A model generated the notes under the pieces. That model did not search any database. It was not told the DNA's origin and worked only from the letters and a program-made list of their open reading frames with translations. From the NCBI GenBank assembly GCA_020184695.1, contig JAANOX010000153.1, positions 1,054,001 to 1,118,000 on the forward strand: a stretch of DNA of 64,000 nucleotides, in the 5' to 3' direction. Every line of letters begins with the position of its first letter. Positions within the stretch are counted from its first letter, which is position 1. The position numbers and the translations under genes are program-made. Below are positions 10,905-22,768 of this stretch, piece after piece. Source of the stretch: Histomonas meleagridis 2922-C6/04-290x (taxonomy: Eukaryota > Protista > Parabasalia).

Positions 10905-11681
10905 CTAACGTTTATTCACGCTTCCTGCTCTGGACTTGTAGAAAAATTGTTGACCATTTCGACCTCTTCCACCTTTTCTTGATTTATAATTCCCATTATA
11001 ATTATTATTATAACCATTATTATTATAGTTGTGATTGTAATTGCCATTATAGTTGCCGTTATAATTGCTGTTATTTGTTCTTCCAGATTGATTGTGATGA
11101 TATTGATTTTGCCCTTCATATGAACTACTTTGTCGCACGCCTTGACCTTGGCTAGGTGGTCCTAAACTTTGAGGATTAAAACTAGTTTGAGGAATTGATG
11201 AATTAACATTATTATGATTTTCAGTTTCATCATTAATTATTTGAGGAGTAAAGCTAACAACAGGAGCCTGGGCTTTTTCAACTTGTGGTGGTGTTTCATT
11301 ATTCTGAACTTTATTATTCGAATTTAATGAATTTGCTAAATAATCCCAATCAGATGGAAACGGATTGGTAGGATGATAACAACGACATGAGAAAGGTGGG
11401 TCAAAAAAATCATTTTGCGTTTTTTCAAGTTCTTCTATAAAATTTTGAATTTCAACCATTTGTTTGTGTAAATCAAATTCATTAATTAATTTAGAAAATG
11501 CGTCTGCTTGATGCTCATATTTTTGTGTATTTATCGGGAAATTTGTTGGAACTGGTTTTGATTGATATTGATTTCTCGGATAGTAAATACCATGATATTG
11601 GATATTTGATGGAGGGATTGGTTGTGCCATTTGCATTGATGAGTAAGGGCTTTGGTGAATTATTTGTGGTGAAAAAGCCAT
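10905..11681 (-). CDS. Hypothetical low-complexity protein with Q/P-rich and N/Y/G-rich regions and an RGG-like tail
   Basis: ATG at 11681; C-terminus NYNGNYNGNYNHNYNNNGYNNNYNGNYKSRKGGRGR. Confidence 0.7.
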   Translation of the reverse strand: MAFSPQIIHQSPYSSMQMAQPIPPSNIQYHGIYYPRNQYQSKPVPTNFPINTQKYEHQADAFSKLINEFDLHKQMVEIQNFIEELEKTQNDFFDPPFSCRCYHPTNPFPSDWDYLANSLNSNNKVQNNETPPQVEKAQAPVVSFTPQIINDETENHNNVNSSIPQTSFNPQSLGPPSQGQGVRQSSSYEGQNQYHHNQSGRTNNSNYNGNYNGNYNHNYNNNGYNNNYNGNYKSRKGGRGRNGQQFFYKSRAGSVNKR

Positions 11682-12637
11682 CAATTTTTAAAAAACGCAA
11701 ATTTTTCTGAGTATGTCCAGGCTAGCACCGAAAAAAGACGTTAATTTAACTGCGACCAAATAAAAGCCGTTGGAATTAATGCAAACTCTTGATGAAGACT
11801 TCTGGCAATCAGAAAATAAATATTGATGGAAATAAGTTTCTTAGATGCTATGAAAACACATTTCATGTGTTTTTGAAATAGGGAAAAATGAATTTGTCTA
11901 TATTTTTACAAAAATATATAATGTTTAACTACATTTTCTTGTATCTTAGCAAATCAGGGGAATACGTTTTACTCACTTGAGTGGTCATTTGCCCATAAGT
12001 GGATTCGAAACTACAATTAAAACAATGTTTTAAAAAACCACTTAAATCACGAATTTAACAAAATTATTGAATGCTTTTTTAAAGTTATTCGAGTGAAAAA
12101 GCATTAATGCTAAGATAAATGGTCAGTAAAAAAATAATTTCAAATTAAAATTATTCGAATTTTCTTTAAACTTCTACATAATAAGTGTAGCATGTTTCGT
12201 CTGTTTATATATATTTCCCTTAAGGTCAAAAGGTTCATTAAGTCTTAAAGAATAGACGATCACAATTTCCAATTTTTTCATATAAAAAAAAAAAACTTTT
12301 AGATTTATTTATTATATGTTATCAAATTGATTTTTGACTTATGTTACATATGTAAATATGTATTTCACTATAAAATTTTTTAAAATTCTTTGTAACATTT
12401 TTTATATTGTTTCTATTCGTAATGTTCACTTTTAGGTGATAGAAACATTTTTAATTTTAAAATTTAAGCATATTTGATTTTATGTAAATCATTACCTTTA
12501 ATGTTAAATTCATTCTTAACCCTTACAATATTTTCATAATATTTAATACGACTGAAAAGGAAATTTTATATTAATTGCATAATAATTTTTATCATTTTTG
12601 TGCAATATACATAAATACATACAGAAAGCAAAAATAA

Positions 12638-15616
12638 TTATAATAATACGTTATTTATCATATTATCTTCTTTAAAGTCTTTTGCAAATGGATCTTCTTC
12701 AAGATTAGATCCGGTGATACCAGCTGAAAAAATACCCTCTGATTGAATTTGATGGGAACTTTCTGATTCAACTTCTTCACTATTTTGTTTGTTACGTCGA
12801 AGATATATTAATAAAACTGTAAGTAGTGAAACAATAACAATAACTGATATCAAAACTCCAATGATAATATAAATATATGAGTTATCAGTATCTGTTTTTT
12901 CATTATTTTGGAAAAAAATAAAGAAATTTGAATAAAAAGTATAATATGTTGAATACATTAAAACTGTATATTCATAATAAATGAAATAGCTTTGAATATA
13001 AGCATATGTAGAATTATAAAATGTATATAAATAAGTGTTGAAATATGTTTTTAATAAAGTTAATGTTTGCGTATTTGTATGCGTTTTGATTAAAATAACA
13101 GAATATGAAATAGTCACATCGAAAATGAATGATTCTGTAAATGTATTTGATTTTGTATATGTGTTTGATTGAGAGAATGTATTTATTTGAGAAAATGCAT
13201 TTGATTTAGTAAATGTATTTGATTGTGAATATGTATTACTTTGGGAAAATGTATTAGATTTAGTAAATGTATTTGATTTGGTGAATGTATGTGTTGGCCA
13301 TAAATTTTGATTGCATCCTTCAAGTAAAAGACCTTTGCTTACATTTAGTTCTCCAAACCTCGTTCCTTGATATAATTCTGATGTCATAACATAATTCGTT
13401 GATATATTTAAAAATGCGTTTTCCTCAATTGTTGGTGATGAAAAACCAATAAAATAAATACATTTAAGTTCAATGTCATCTTTAAATGCATAATCACCAA
13501 TCGTTTTCACATTTTTACCAATGATAACTGAATTCAATTTTGAACATGAATTAAAAGCTTTTGTTCCAATAGAAGTAACTGAATTCGGAATTTTGACATT
13601 AATCAATGAACAGAATCTAAATGCTCCATCGTGTATAATTTCAAGATTGTTACTAAGAATAATTGTTGTTAAATTCGCACATGTTGAAAATGCAGCATCA
13701 CCAATTGAAATAACTGAATTTGGAATCGTGACATTTTCCAACATTCCACAATCCGAAAATGCAAAATCACCAATTGAAATAACTGAATTTGGAATTGTGA
13801 CATTTTCCAACATTCCACAAAATGAAAATGCAAAATCACCAATTGAAATAACTGAATTTGGAATTGTAATATATGTTAATGATTTACATGAATAAAATAA
13901 ATAATTTTCAATCATTTTAACATTTTTACCAATATGAATTCCTTTTAAGTTAGCACATGATTCGAATGCAGATTTCCCAATTGATGTAACAGAATCTGGA
14001 ATTGTAATATATGTTAATGATTTACATGAATAAAATGAATAATTTTCAATCATTTTAACATTTTTACCAATATGAATTCCTTTTAAGTTAGCACATTGAC
14101 TAAATGCATAATATGAAATTGATATAACAGAATCTGGAATTGTAACATATGTTAATGATTTACATAAATAAAATACATGACTTCCAATCGTTTCAACATT
14201 TTTACCAATATGAATCATTTCTAAATTATCACATGATTCGAATGCAGAATTCCCAATTGAAAGAACTGAATCTGGAATAATAATATTAATTAATGTTAAA
14301 CAATACCAAAATGCACTATTTTCAATATATTGAATATTATTAGGAATTTCAAATGTTTTATTCGAAATTCCAGTTGGATAACATATAATTGTTGTACAAT
14401 TTTTATTATAAAGAATTCCATCATTTTCATTATCAAAATTAGAATAATAAATATTTTCTTCTGATACTTTGATAGATATAAGATTTGAACATTGGGCAAA
14501 AGCACCTTCACCAATTGATATAATAGATTTTGATATTATAATATTTGATAATGATAAACATTGTTCAAATGCAAAATTTCCAATCGTTTTCAATTTTTCA
14601 CTAAAAACAATTTCTTTGAAAGAAGTACAACCTGAAAATCCATACACACCAATCGAAGAAACTGAATCAAAAATTGTAAAATTCGTTAATGATTTACATC
14701 CACCAAATGATCTTTTATCAATCTTTATATCCATGTTTTCATCAAAATTAATTGTTTTCAATTTATAACATTGAAAAAATGCATAATTACCAATAATATG
14801 AACTTTTTCATGAATAATAATTGTTTCTAAATTTTTACAATAATAAAATGCATTTTCTCCAATTGTAGTGACTTCTCCTCCAATTTCAACTGAAAATAAT
14901 TTTGGCCATTCTTCAAATGCATTATCTCCGATTTCTTGAAGATCACCTTGAATCATAATATACATCGTTTCTTCTTTATATTGAATCCTTTCTTCATATT
15001 CTTTTTGATTTGTTATAATAAGATTTTGATCATTATATTCTTCAAAAGAATGAACAGTAAAAAGGAATAATAATAAAAAATGAAAAAATTGAATATTTAC
15101 TTTAAATTGATTCTGTATATTTTTATGAATCAATTTGATTAAACAACTTCTTTTTCTAAAGAATAACATAAAGAAAACAATAATACAAAGAATTATTGAT
15201 AAGAGTTTAAATGAAATATGTGTAAAATCGAAAAACAAATTAATAAAATCAAACAATGCACTGAGAGTTTTGACAGACAATTTCGAAAATAGATATTTAA
15301 TTTTGTTTATATAAGTTAAATATTGTATTGTCGTATTAATAACAAATTTTTTCGAATTTAAATAAAGAAATTTTTTTGAGTTATCTAAGTTGGGATATAT
15401 TAAATAATTAACCGAAAAAAAATTTGGTAAATTATTATTTGTTATGTGAAAGCTATATAATGAACGATAAAAAATAGAAAAATGGTAATCATGACTATAA
15501 TTATCATGCTTATTCATTGTATCGAAAGTTTGCTGGTTATAATCGAAATTGGCATTTCGACATATATCACTGATCATAATGTTTTTGGAAACTAACAACG
15601 ATGAACGACATGTCAT
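12638..15616 (-). CDS. BspA-like surface protein (copy 2, tandem paralog of 7110-10424)
   Basis: LRR core nearly identical in DNA to copy 1; different stalk end, TM (YIYIIIGVLISVIVIVSLLTVLLIYL) and tail (EEDPFAKDFKED). First ATG at 15616. Confidence 0.92.
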   Translation of the reverse strand: MTCRSSLLVSKNIMISDICRNANFDYNQQTFDTMNKHDNYSHDYHFSIFYRSLYSFHITNNNLPNFFSVNYLIYPNLDNSKKFLYLNSKKFVINTTIQYLTYINKIKYLFSKLSVKTLSALFDFINLFFDFTHISFKLLSIILCIIVFFMLFFRKRSCLIKLIHKNIQNQFKVNIQFFHFLLLFLFTVHSFEEYNDQNLIITNQKEYEERIQYKEETMYIMIQGDLQEIGDNAFEEWPKLFSVEIGGEVTTIGENAFYYCKNLETIIIHEKVHIIGNYAFFQCYKLKTINFDENMDIKIDKRSFGGCKSLTNFTIFDSVSSIGVYGFSGCTSFKEIVFSEKLKTIGNFAFEQCLSLSNIIISKSIISIGEGAFAQCSNLISIKVSEENIYYSNFDNENDGILYNKNCTTIICYPTGISNKTFEIPNNIQYIENSAFWYCLTLINIIIPDSVLSIGNSAFESCDNLEMIHIGKNVETIGSHVFYLCKSLTYVTIPDSVISISYYAFSQCANLKGIHIGKNVKMIENYSFYSCKSLTYITIPDSVTSIGKSAFESCANLKGIHIGKNVKMIENYLFYSCKSLTYITIPNSVISIGDFAFSFCGMLENVTIPNSVISIGDFAFSDCGMLENVTIPNSVISIGDAAFSTCANLTTIILSNNLEIIHDGAFRFCSLINVKIPNSVTSIGTKAFNSCSKLNSVIIGKNVKTIGDYAFKDDIELKCIYFIGFSSPTIEENAFLNISTNYVMTSELYQGTRFGELNVSKGLLLEGCNQNLWPTHTFTKSNTFTKSNTFSQSNTYSQSNTFTKSNAFSQINTFSQSNTYTKSNTFTESFIFDVTISYSVILIKTHTNTQTLTLLKTYFNTYLYTFYNSTYAYIQSYFIYYEYTVLMYSTYYTFYSNFFIFFQNNEKTDTDNSYIYIIIGVLISVIVIVSLLTVLLIYLRRNKQNSEEVESESSHQIQSEGIFSAGITGSNLEEDPFAKDFKEDNMINNVLL

Positions 15617-16400
15617 ATTGCGAAAGGCAATCGAATTAAATAGATGTATCAGAAAATTGCGACACACAACGAAATAGTACAGACAGACCAAAACCCATAA
15701 CTTTTTTGAATCGAATTCAAAATCGATTTTGAAAAAGCAATCTGGAAAATTGATATTTGAATGAACATTGAATTTTCTATAGTGGAACGATTACAATTGA
15801 AAAATTGTGGGTTTATTTCTTAGTCAGTTTTATTTAATTGGCTAATAGATCAAAACGATAATAATGTCCATTTTCAATTAACGCATTCTCAAAGTGCCTT
15901 AATATATATCTGAATTATTTATAGAATAAATCGAATAATTTTAAGATGTGCCAAATGCTTTGACTTATGTCATCGACGGAAAATATATCAAACCATTATC
16001 TTGTCGGATCGTATTTCTAATCGTGAATTGTGAAGGATGAGCTCAATCTTTATTGCGTCATTATATTTCTATTATAGGGAACTATTTTTATTTTTTGGAA
16101 ATAAACAACAGTTGAAATATGACCAATTATCCAAAAGCACAATAAAATCCAGTAAATAAAAAGAGATTATAATTTATTTTAAATATTCAATTGTTTTAAA
16201 AAATGATCAAATTATTTAATAACTTTCTTCGCAAAACTTATTTATAGTTTTTTTTTTAGTATTAACTTTTATACTTCTTTTATGATTTAAAAGCTTTCAA
16301 AATATACCAATTTTTTCCTAAAGTCTCAAAAGTATTTTCACGATGCAGTTCCCACTCATCTCGAAATTAATAATTATTCAAATCAAAATATATAATTTAT

Positions 16401-19400
16401 TTAATCTTGATCATCCAACGACAAACCGCCCAAATCGTCTTTCTTAGATTTCAAACAAACACGTTCTTCGTAAATTCTATGTGTTGAAGGTCTAAATCTT
16501 TTTCTTGTGAAGTCTATGATGGAAGGCAGCAACACGCCCAAAATCACAGAGATAATCAAACACAGCCAAGTCGAAGCCTTACCCCAACAATAACTTGTCA
16601 TTATGCCTTCTAACTCTGCATTAAACGCCGCCATATAAACGGAAGAAACAATTGGCAACAAAACCAAAGACACAATCCAAATGATTATACTCACCTTGTT
16701 ATAATAGTGCATCCAAATCAATATTTGCACAGACACAATATAAACAACGTTATAATACGTTGCGACTCCACTTGAAGCGAGTGAGTCGAATCCTTGATTT
16801 AACCTAACGGAGAAATATGCAATGACGGACTGATACAATGCGATCACTATATAATATAACAGATTCAATATTTTCATCGGATCATGTGATACTTTATATA
16901 GAACCGGATTTTGTCTCAGTGTCTCAAATGGTAAATCTTGCTCAGTGCCACCGAAGATAAATGGCGGCAACATCGTAAACAATAAGTTAAAAAGACTCAA
17001 AAAGAAATCCTCATAATATGTCGTAGGAGTAAACATTGAACTAAAACTAAACCAAAATTGCGCAAATATAAACGCAAAGTTCTTCCAGAGCATTATCATA
17101 GCTACGTAAGAAAATCGATAATATGACCAATGTCCATGTGCTGTCAACAAGCGAATTAAAAACCTAAAACGTGGAATAGCAAAATCGGCAGATTGCGCAG
17201 CTTGTGAACCTTCTCTTCCTGCTACGCCTACACCTACATGAGCTTCTTGTATCATACAGACGTCATTAGCGCCATCGCCAATAGCTAAAGTTATAGCACC
17301 TTGTGAACTCACTGTTTGTACAACTTGTGCTTTCATGAATGGCGAAACTCTTGATAATATAACTGATGACATTTTTGATGATGCTTCCATGAACTCATTG
17401 ATACATTCATTCAAACAAATATTAACAGAATCCGCAGTGACGATTAATACTGGTAAATTATATGTATCAGAATCTTCACTTAATTGTTTAAGTTTTCTTC
17501 GGATTGTTGATTCATCTGGATTAGAAATAGTTAATACATCTGAATCAGGATATATAATTCCGGATGTACGTCCTATAGCTATAGCTGTTTCAAGTTTATC
17601 TCCTGTTAATACCCAAAATCCAATTCCTGCCTTACGTAGCCATTTAATAGTTTCAGGAACTTGTGGTTGAAGTCGATCTTCGATACCAGTTACGCCAATT
17701 ATATCTAAGTTACATTCGATTTTAGCAGATGATTGTGCAACTAAATCATCACGATTAGCTAACGATGCTTCTGCTGCACGATGTTCTTCTAGCCAAGGAA
17801 CTAAGAAGTCATCCGGAATGATTCTTTGTGAGAACACTAAAGTTCGTAAACCTTCTACAGCAAAATCATTAATTTCTTCTTCATATAATTCTTTGTTTGA
17901 TCTTTCGAAGATAATATTATCTGCGCCTTTACATAATAATATTGCATCTTCTCCTTTAGTTCGTATTAAGATCGACATACGCTTTCGATCAGAGTTAAAT
18001 GGAAATGTTGAAATTATTTCATATGTTTTCTCGACGCCTAAAATATCAAACTTCGCTGTTGTTAAACCTCTTTCGATAAGTTTTACTCCACATTCAGCAG
18101 CATAATTTACAAACGCTGCTTCATCTGGTGAATCAGCATTATATTCGATTTCGCCATTAGACTTCTTAAACACTATAACATTATTACATGCAGCCATCGC
18201 AAATAAAAATGGTAACATTGGTTTAATTGTTTCATGATCATTTTTAATTTGCCCTAAAAATTCATTTGCTAAATGTTTACCCGTTTCATTACAAAACTTT
18301 AAAAGTTCCATTTTGTTCTCTGTTAATGTTCCTGTTTTATCTGATAAAACATGTGTGATTAAACCTAATTGTCCTATTTGACTTGAGTTATGCGCAGTCG
18401 CAGTACCAAATTCTGGATCATATATTGTCGGATCTCTATCGACAAGTATTTTATGGAATAATCGTAAGATTTCAATTGTGACTGTTAATGAAATAGGTAT
18501 TAAATATGAATACAAAAGAAAGAATTGAATAAAATATTGTCCAAATGATGCTCCTTGTGATGGAAGTGTTTCGGATATAATAGAAAATGATGATTTAACT
18601 TCAAGAGCACAACCAACACCTGCAGAGATTATACAAATGATAACTTTAATACAGAAAATGGCTAAAAGCATTCGATTAAGATTATGATCAAATGACGTAA
18701 GTTTAGCACTGGGATGATTCATGTTCTTCATGATCTTTGAGTCATGGCCAGTACGTAAAACAACTCCTAATACATCTTGCGTATAATTGGTGCACATTCC
18801 TCGTAATAGAACATTGTGAATATTGATCGCCCAAAAATTAGTACCACACTTAAGACGTGCATCAAATCGGGTAAGATCTCGGTCAGGCTCACCAATTTCT
18901 ACAGTAAATTGTTTATTCGTGAATTCAGATAATGGATCACAATCTTGGAATAATGGAAAACAATTAATGGTCTTAACAGCACTTTCGCCATTAAGATTGG
19001 TTTCGTTGTAATAGGCAAGTTTATCTTCTTGTGATGAACCAATGTATAATATATCTGATGGGACCATGGAATCTTCTGTGATCTTAATAATGTCACCAAC
19101 AACAACCTCTTTGGCTTTAATGGTGGTCCATTGACCATCGCGATATACAAAAGTTTTCTGACTATTTCGAATATTATCTTCTCGTTTCTTCATATAATCT
19201 TCAATGCCTGCTTTGATCATGGAAACAACAATAACAAAAATAAGTGGTAAAAGTTGAAAAAGCCAACCTACAGGTGACCATGGAAGGAATGAAATAATAC
19301 AGATTAGTAAAAAATATATATTCGAAAGAATTCGAAAGTTTTCAAGCAGAGTTAATGGAATAAAGCTCCAAATTGTATATCGAGAAGTTCTAACTTCGTT

Positions 19401-19538
19401 ATTCTTTTGACCAGGATATTCTGGATTTTCTGATAAAATGTTAATTGTTGCCCAAACATGGGAGCTCTCTTCTTGATTCCCAACACCTGTGTCTGAATCT
19501 GAATTGGATATATTTTCAAGCTGTGTTTTTTCATCCAT
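16401..19538 (-). CDS. P4-type ATPase (phospholipid flippase)
   Basis: NEVRTSRYT, ETNLNGES, LIPISL, DKTGTLT phosphorylation motif, SPDE, KGAD, VLTGDKLETA, AIGDGANDV. Start taken at MDEK (19538); upstream in-frame alternatives exist. Confidence 0.95.
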   Translation of the reverse strand: MDEKTQLENISNSDSDTGVGNQEESSHVWATINILSENPEYPGQKNNEVRTSRYTIWSFIPLTLLENFRILSNIYFLLICIISFLPWSPVGWLFQLLPLIFVIVVSMIKAGIEDYMKKREDNIRNSQKTFVYRDGQWTTIKAKEVVVGDIIKITEDSMVPSDILYIGSSQEDKLAYYNETNLNGESAVKTINCFPLFQDCDPLSEFTNKQFTVEIGEPDRDLTRFDARLKCGTNFWAINIHNVLLRGMCTNYTQDVLGVVLRTGHDSKIMKNMNHPSAKLTSFDHNLNRMLLAIFCIKVIICIISAGVGCALEVKSSFSIISETLPSQGASFGQYFIQFFLLYSYLIPISLTVTIEILRLFHKILVDRDPTIYDPEFGTATAHNSSQIGQLGLITHVLSDKTGTLTENKMELLKFCNETGKHLANEFLGQIKNDHETIKPMLPFLFAMAACNNVIVFKKSNGEIEYNADSPDEAAFVNYAAECGVKLIERGLTTAKFDILGVEKTYEIISTFPFNSDRKRMSILIRTKGEDAILLCKGADNIIFERSNKELYEEEINDFAVEGLRTLVFSQRIIPDDFLVPWLEEHRAAEASLANRDDLVAQSSAKIECNLDIIGVTGIEDRLQPQVPETIKWLRKAGIGFWVLTGDKLETAIAIGRTSGIIYPDSDVLTISNPDESTIRRKLKQLSEDSDTYNLPVLIVTADSVNICLNECINEFMEASSKMSSVILSRVSPFMKAQVVQTVSSQGAITLAIGDGANDVCMIQEAHVGVGVAGREGSQAAQSADFAIPRFRFLIRLLTAHGHWSYYRFSYVAMIMLWKNFAFIFAQFWFSFSSMFTPTTYYEDFFLSLFNLLFTMLPPFIFGGTEQDLPFETLRQNPVLYKVSHDPMKILNLLYYIVIALYQSVIAYFSVRLNQGFDSLASSGVATYYNVVYIVSVQILIWMHYYNKVSIIIWIVSLVLLPIVSSVYMAAFNAELEGIMTSYCWGKASTWLCLIISVILGVLLPSIIDFTRKRFRPSTHRIYEERVCLKSKKDDLGGLSLDDQD

Positions 19539-20079
19539 TTGGGTGTGAATCAAAAATTCGAGATGCGACATTCTGAAAAAGTAGACGACCGTTAATAACA
19601 CTCGGAGAATCTCCTACATTTCATTTTCGCATTACTCTTTGGAAATAGAACTCATGAATTTATGCGTAAAGTAACAAATTCTTCCTATTTAGAAATTACT
19701 CAAGAAAATGATAAAAATATTATATTATGATCCAAATATATTTTTTGAATTTAGTTTGAAAATAAAAACATTAAATGCAAAGATTATAGCAGCAAATATG
19801 TTTACGACAATGTAAATGAAAATCAACTTTAAATATCAAAAATGGATTTAGGGAAACAAGTACTTTCGGTCATACTTTAACTGTTTTTTTCGTTGAAATT
19901 TGGCGTAGAAAGTTCAGAATTAACTCCTAGAAAACAATTTTCGACTTCTGCACTTTTTGTAGAATAATCAAAAATTCTTTCACATTTAAACGATCGAAAT
20001 TTGTGAGTTATGCTGTGTAAAAATGATCGGCATTAGGTACCCCCAAGATTTAAACGTACATTAACGTAATTCTTTCCTG

Positions 20080-21249
20080 ATGTCTGAAATCCTTTCTAAC
20101 TCGAGTGAGGACTCTGAGTTTATGTTACTCCAACAAAAGGCTGATTTGACTGCTCAACAACAAAAACTTAATCGGGATATTAAGAAATCACAATTAATTC
20201 TTGATGGGTACCAATATGATTTAGAAATAGCAAAACAATCAATGACTTTAGCAAACACTTCTTTTGTTCAGCGTTCAAAGAAATTAATGAATTTGTTTAA
20301 TGGCAGAATAAAATCAGATGAAGAGTTAATTTCAAACATTGAATCCATGATGAAATCTATTGAGAATGACAAAGCGAAGGCAAAAATTTTCCGTGATGAA
20401 ATAGGAGATATGGAAAATCAAATTTCTACAAAAAATTCTGATCATGAGTTCTTGTTAAATAAATTGAAAGAAGAAAAGGAAAATAGCAATAAATTTACAC
20501 AATTAATAGATGAGAAGAAAGCAAAATTGATTGAAACAAAAAATAAAATTACACAAAAACAACAAATTTCAAAAAAATATAATCAAATATTCGATCTTAT
20601 CCAAGAACAAACCTCAACATCACACCAAAGATTCAATACTTTCAGCCCTAAAATACTTCAAAAGTTCAAGGAACTAGCTGATCTAATCCAATTAAGAGAA
20701 TTTACACATTCAAATATTAACATTTCAAATTTTTTCGATTCTATTTTTTCATCATTCAAAAAACTCCAAACTCAATTTAATGAAAAAGAAGAAATTCGAA
20801 CAAACATTATAAAGCATATTCAACAAAAAAATAAAGAACTTCATTTGCAAAAACAAAAAATAAAAAATACTAAAAACGAAATCAAAAAATTACAAAATGA
20901 TCTTCAACAAAAGCGAATAAATAACAATGAAAAAAAGTTAAATGAAGTACGAAAGCAAGAAAAACTCAAAAAGTTAAAGGAAATTGAAGTTAAATCATTT
21001 AATAATGTTTTAATGAAAGTTAACGCTAAGCATAAAGCATCTGATAACCCTAAAATTTTGGTGGATGAAGAAATCAAATTTTTAAATGATCAAATACGTT
21101 TGCTACAAAAGGCCATTTTAGAGCAACAACAGAGAAACAAAATCTCCAAACAGATTTTGCAAAAATCGGTTTCTGTTGTTGAAAATGCAACAGATCAAAT
21201 CATGGAGTCGAACTTCCATCTGTATAATCATTTTTGTTGTAAATATTAA
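20080..21249 (+). CDS. Hypothetical coiled-coil protein
   Basis: 389-aa ORF rich in K/E/Q/L with heptad character; no family motif recognised. Confidence 0.65.
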   Translation: MSEILSNSSEDSEFMLLQQKADLTAQQQKLNRDIKKSQLILDGYQYDLEIAKQSMTLANTSFVQRSKKLMNLFNGRIKSDEELISNIESMMKSIENDKAKAKIFRDEIGDMENQISTKNSDHEFLLNKLKEEKENSNKFTQLIDEKKAKLIETKNKITQKQQISKKYNQIFDLIQEQTSTSHQRFNTFSPKILQKFKELADLIQLREFTHSNINISNFFDSIFSSFKKLQTQFNEKEEIRTNIIKHIQQKNKELHLQKQKIKNTKNEIKKLQNDLQQKRINNNEKKLNEVRKQEKLKKLKEIEVKSFNNVLMKVNAKHKASDNPKILVDEEIKFLNDQIRLLQKAILEQQQRNKISKQILQKSVSVVENATDQIMESNFHLYNHFCCKY

Positions 21250-21282
21250 TATTCAAATTGTTTATTTTATTAATTTTTCAAC

Positions 21283-21818
21283 TTGAAATTATTTCTTTTG
21301 TTTAACTGTTTATTTATTATTTATATTAATAATTTTATATTTCAAAATAATATTTGGAGATTATTTTATTTATTTAATACAGCACTTATATTGGCATCTT
21401 CAAATGGTCATACAGAAATAGTTAAACTACTTTTTGAACAAGAAGGAATTGATATTAATGATAAAGATATATATTTGTTTCATTTAATATTTATTTTAAA
21501 TTTGATATTTCAAAATAATATTTGGAAATTAGTTATATTATTTGAAACATCACTTGTTAAAGCATCTGAAAATACATGAAATATTCCTAAATATTTTTAG
21601 AACTTATACATATAATTAAGCATAAATGATCATATGGATAACATTAGAAGAAATTGATCCCAATTACAAGAATATTCATTTGATATGATTTTTCTTTAAC
21701 GAATTGATATTATAATGTTTAGAAATCATTTTATATATCACACTTAAAACATTTTTAAATGATCATCACATAAAAGTATTTATCTAAACAAGAAGAAATT
21801 AATTTTAATGTTAAAGAT
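21283..21818 (+). pseudogene. Decayed ankyrin-repeat remnant with the same insert-interrupted linkers as the 38-41 kb array
   Basis: One intact block TALILASSNGHTEIVKLLFEQEGIDINDKD (21379-21468), then TSLVKASENT-stop, and degenerate repeat ends (LEEIDPNYKN, KQEEINFNVKD). Spacers are homologous to those of the main array. Confidence 0.75.
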
Positions 21819-21909
21819 CATAAAATATTTCAATTTTCTGATATAATAATTGGAAATCATTCAAAGTTTGAATAAAAGAAAAATTAAATGAAAGATTGTT
21901 TATAACACT

Positions 21910-22524
21910 TTAGCAGCAAGATTTGTTATTATTCGTTTGAATATTTGATTCAGTCAGAAGTGTTTTGTCGGATGGCTTTGGCACAACGATTTCTCCAGAC
22001 TTTACTTTGTGCACGATTTCTGTTCCAAGTCGAATAAATGCTTCTTGAATGTTCTTGCCGCTTTTAGCCGATGTTTCCATATAACTTAAATTGTATCTTT
22101 CGGCATAAGCGCTTGCTTCACTTTCGATTACAACTCGATCGTCTTCGAGATCAACCTTATTTCCGATTAATATAATGGATGCATTAGGAGCACATAATTG
22201 ACGCATGTCATTAAGCCAACCTACTAAATCATCAAAACTATCTCTGTTTGTTATATCAAAAACTAAAATGCCGCCTAAAGCATTTCGAAAATAAGCCTTT
22301 GAAACAGACTTAAAACGTTCTTGTCCTGCAGTATCCCATATTTGTAATTTAACATTTTCATCTTCTACTTGAATTGTGTAAGGTTTAAATTCAACGCCAA
22401 TTGTTGGTTGTTCTTCTTCACGAAAACTTCCAGTAATTAAACATTGTACCATTGCTGATTTACCTACACCAGAGCTTCCAACCACAACAATTTTATATCC
22501 GTTTGCTGCCTCTTCAACGCTCAT
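21910..22524 (-). CDS. Rab family small GTPase
   Basis: GSSGVGKS, PTIGVEF, WDTAGQERF, GNKVD, ETSAK, and a C-terminal CC prenylation motif. ATG at 22524. Subfamily not assigned. Confidence 0.95.
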   Translation of the reverse strand: MSVEEAANGYKIVVVGSSGVGKSAMVQCLITGSFREEEQPTIGVEFKPYTIQVEDENVKLQIWDTAGQERFKSVSKAYFRNALGGILVFDITNRDSFDDLVGWLNDMRQLCAPNASIILIGNKVDLEDDRVVIESEASAYAERYNLSYMETSAKSGKNIQEAFIRLGTEIVHKVKSGEIVVPKPSDKTLLTESNIQTNNNKSCC

Positions 22525-22768
22525 TTGGTTTGTGCAACCACCCGAATTCAATGATTTACAGATAATAAACCAATTTCTTTATTGTTGTGAAGCTCAAATT
22601 ATACACTAAAACTAAGTAATTCATCAAAAAGAAGACAACACAAAAAATTAATCAATCCAAAATTTTAGATCAGTGATTATTGCAATATTTGAATGATTTT
22701 TTCTAACTTTAATTAAGCAATATAACAGGTTTAAACACTTAAAATCTCTAATTGTAATCGTTTATTTA

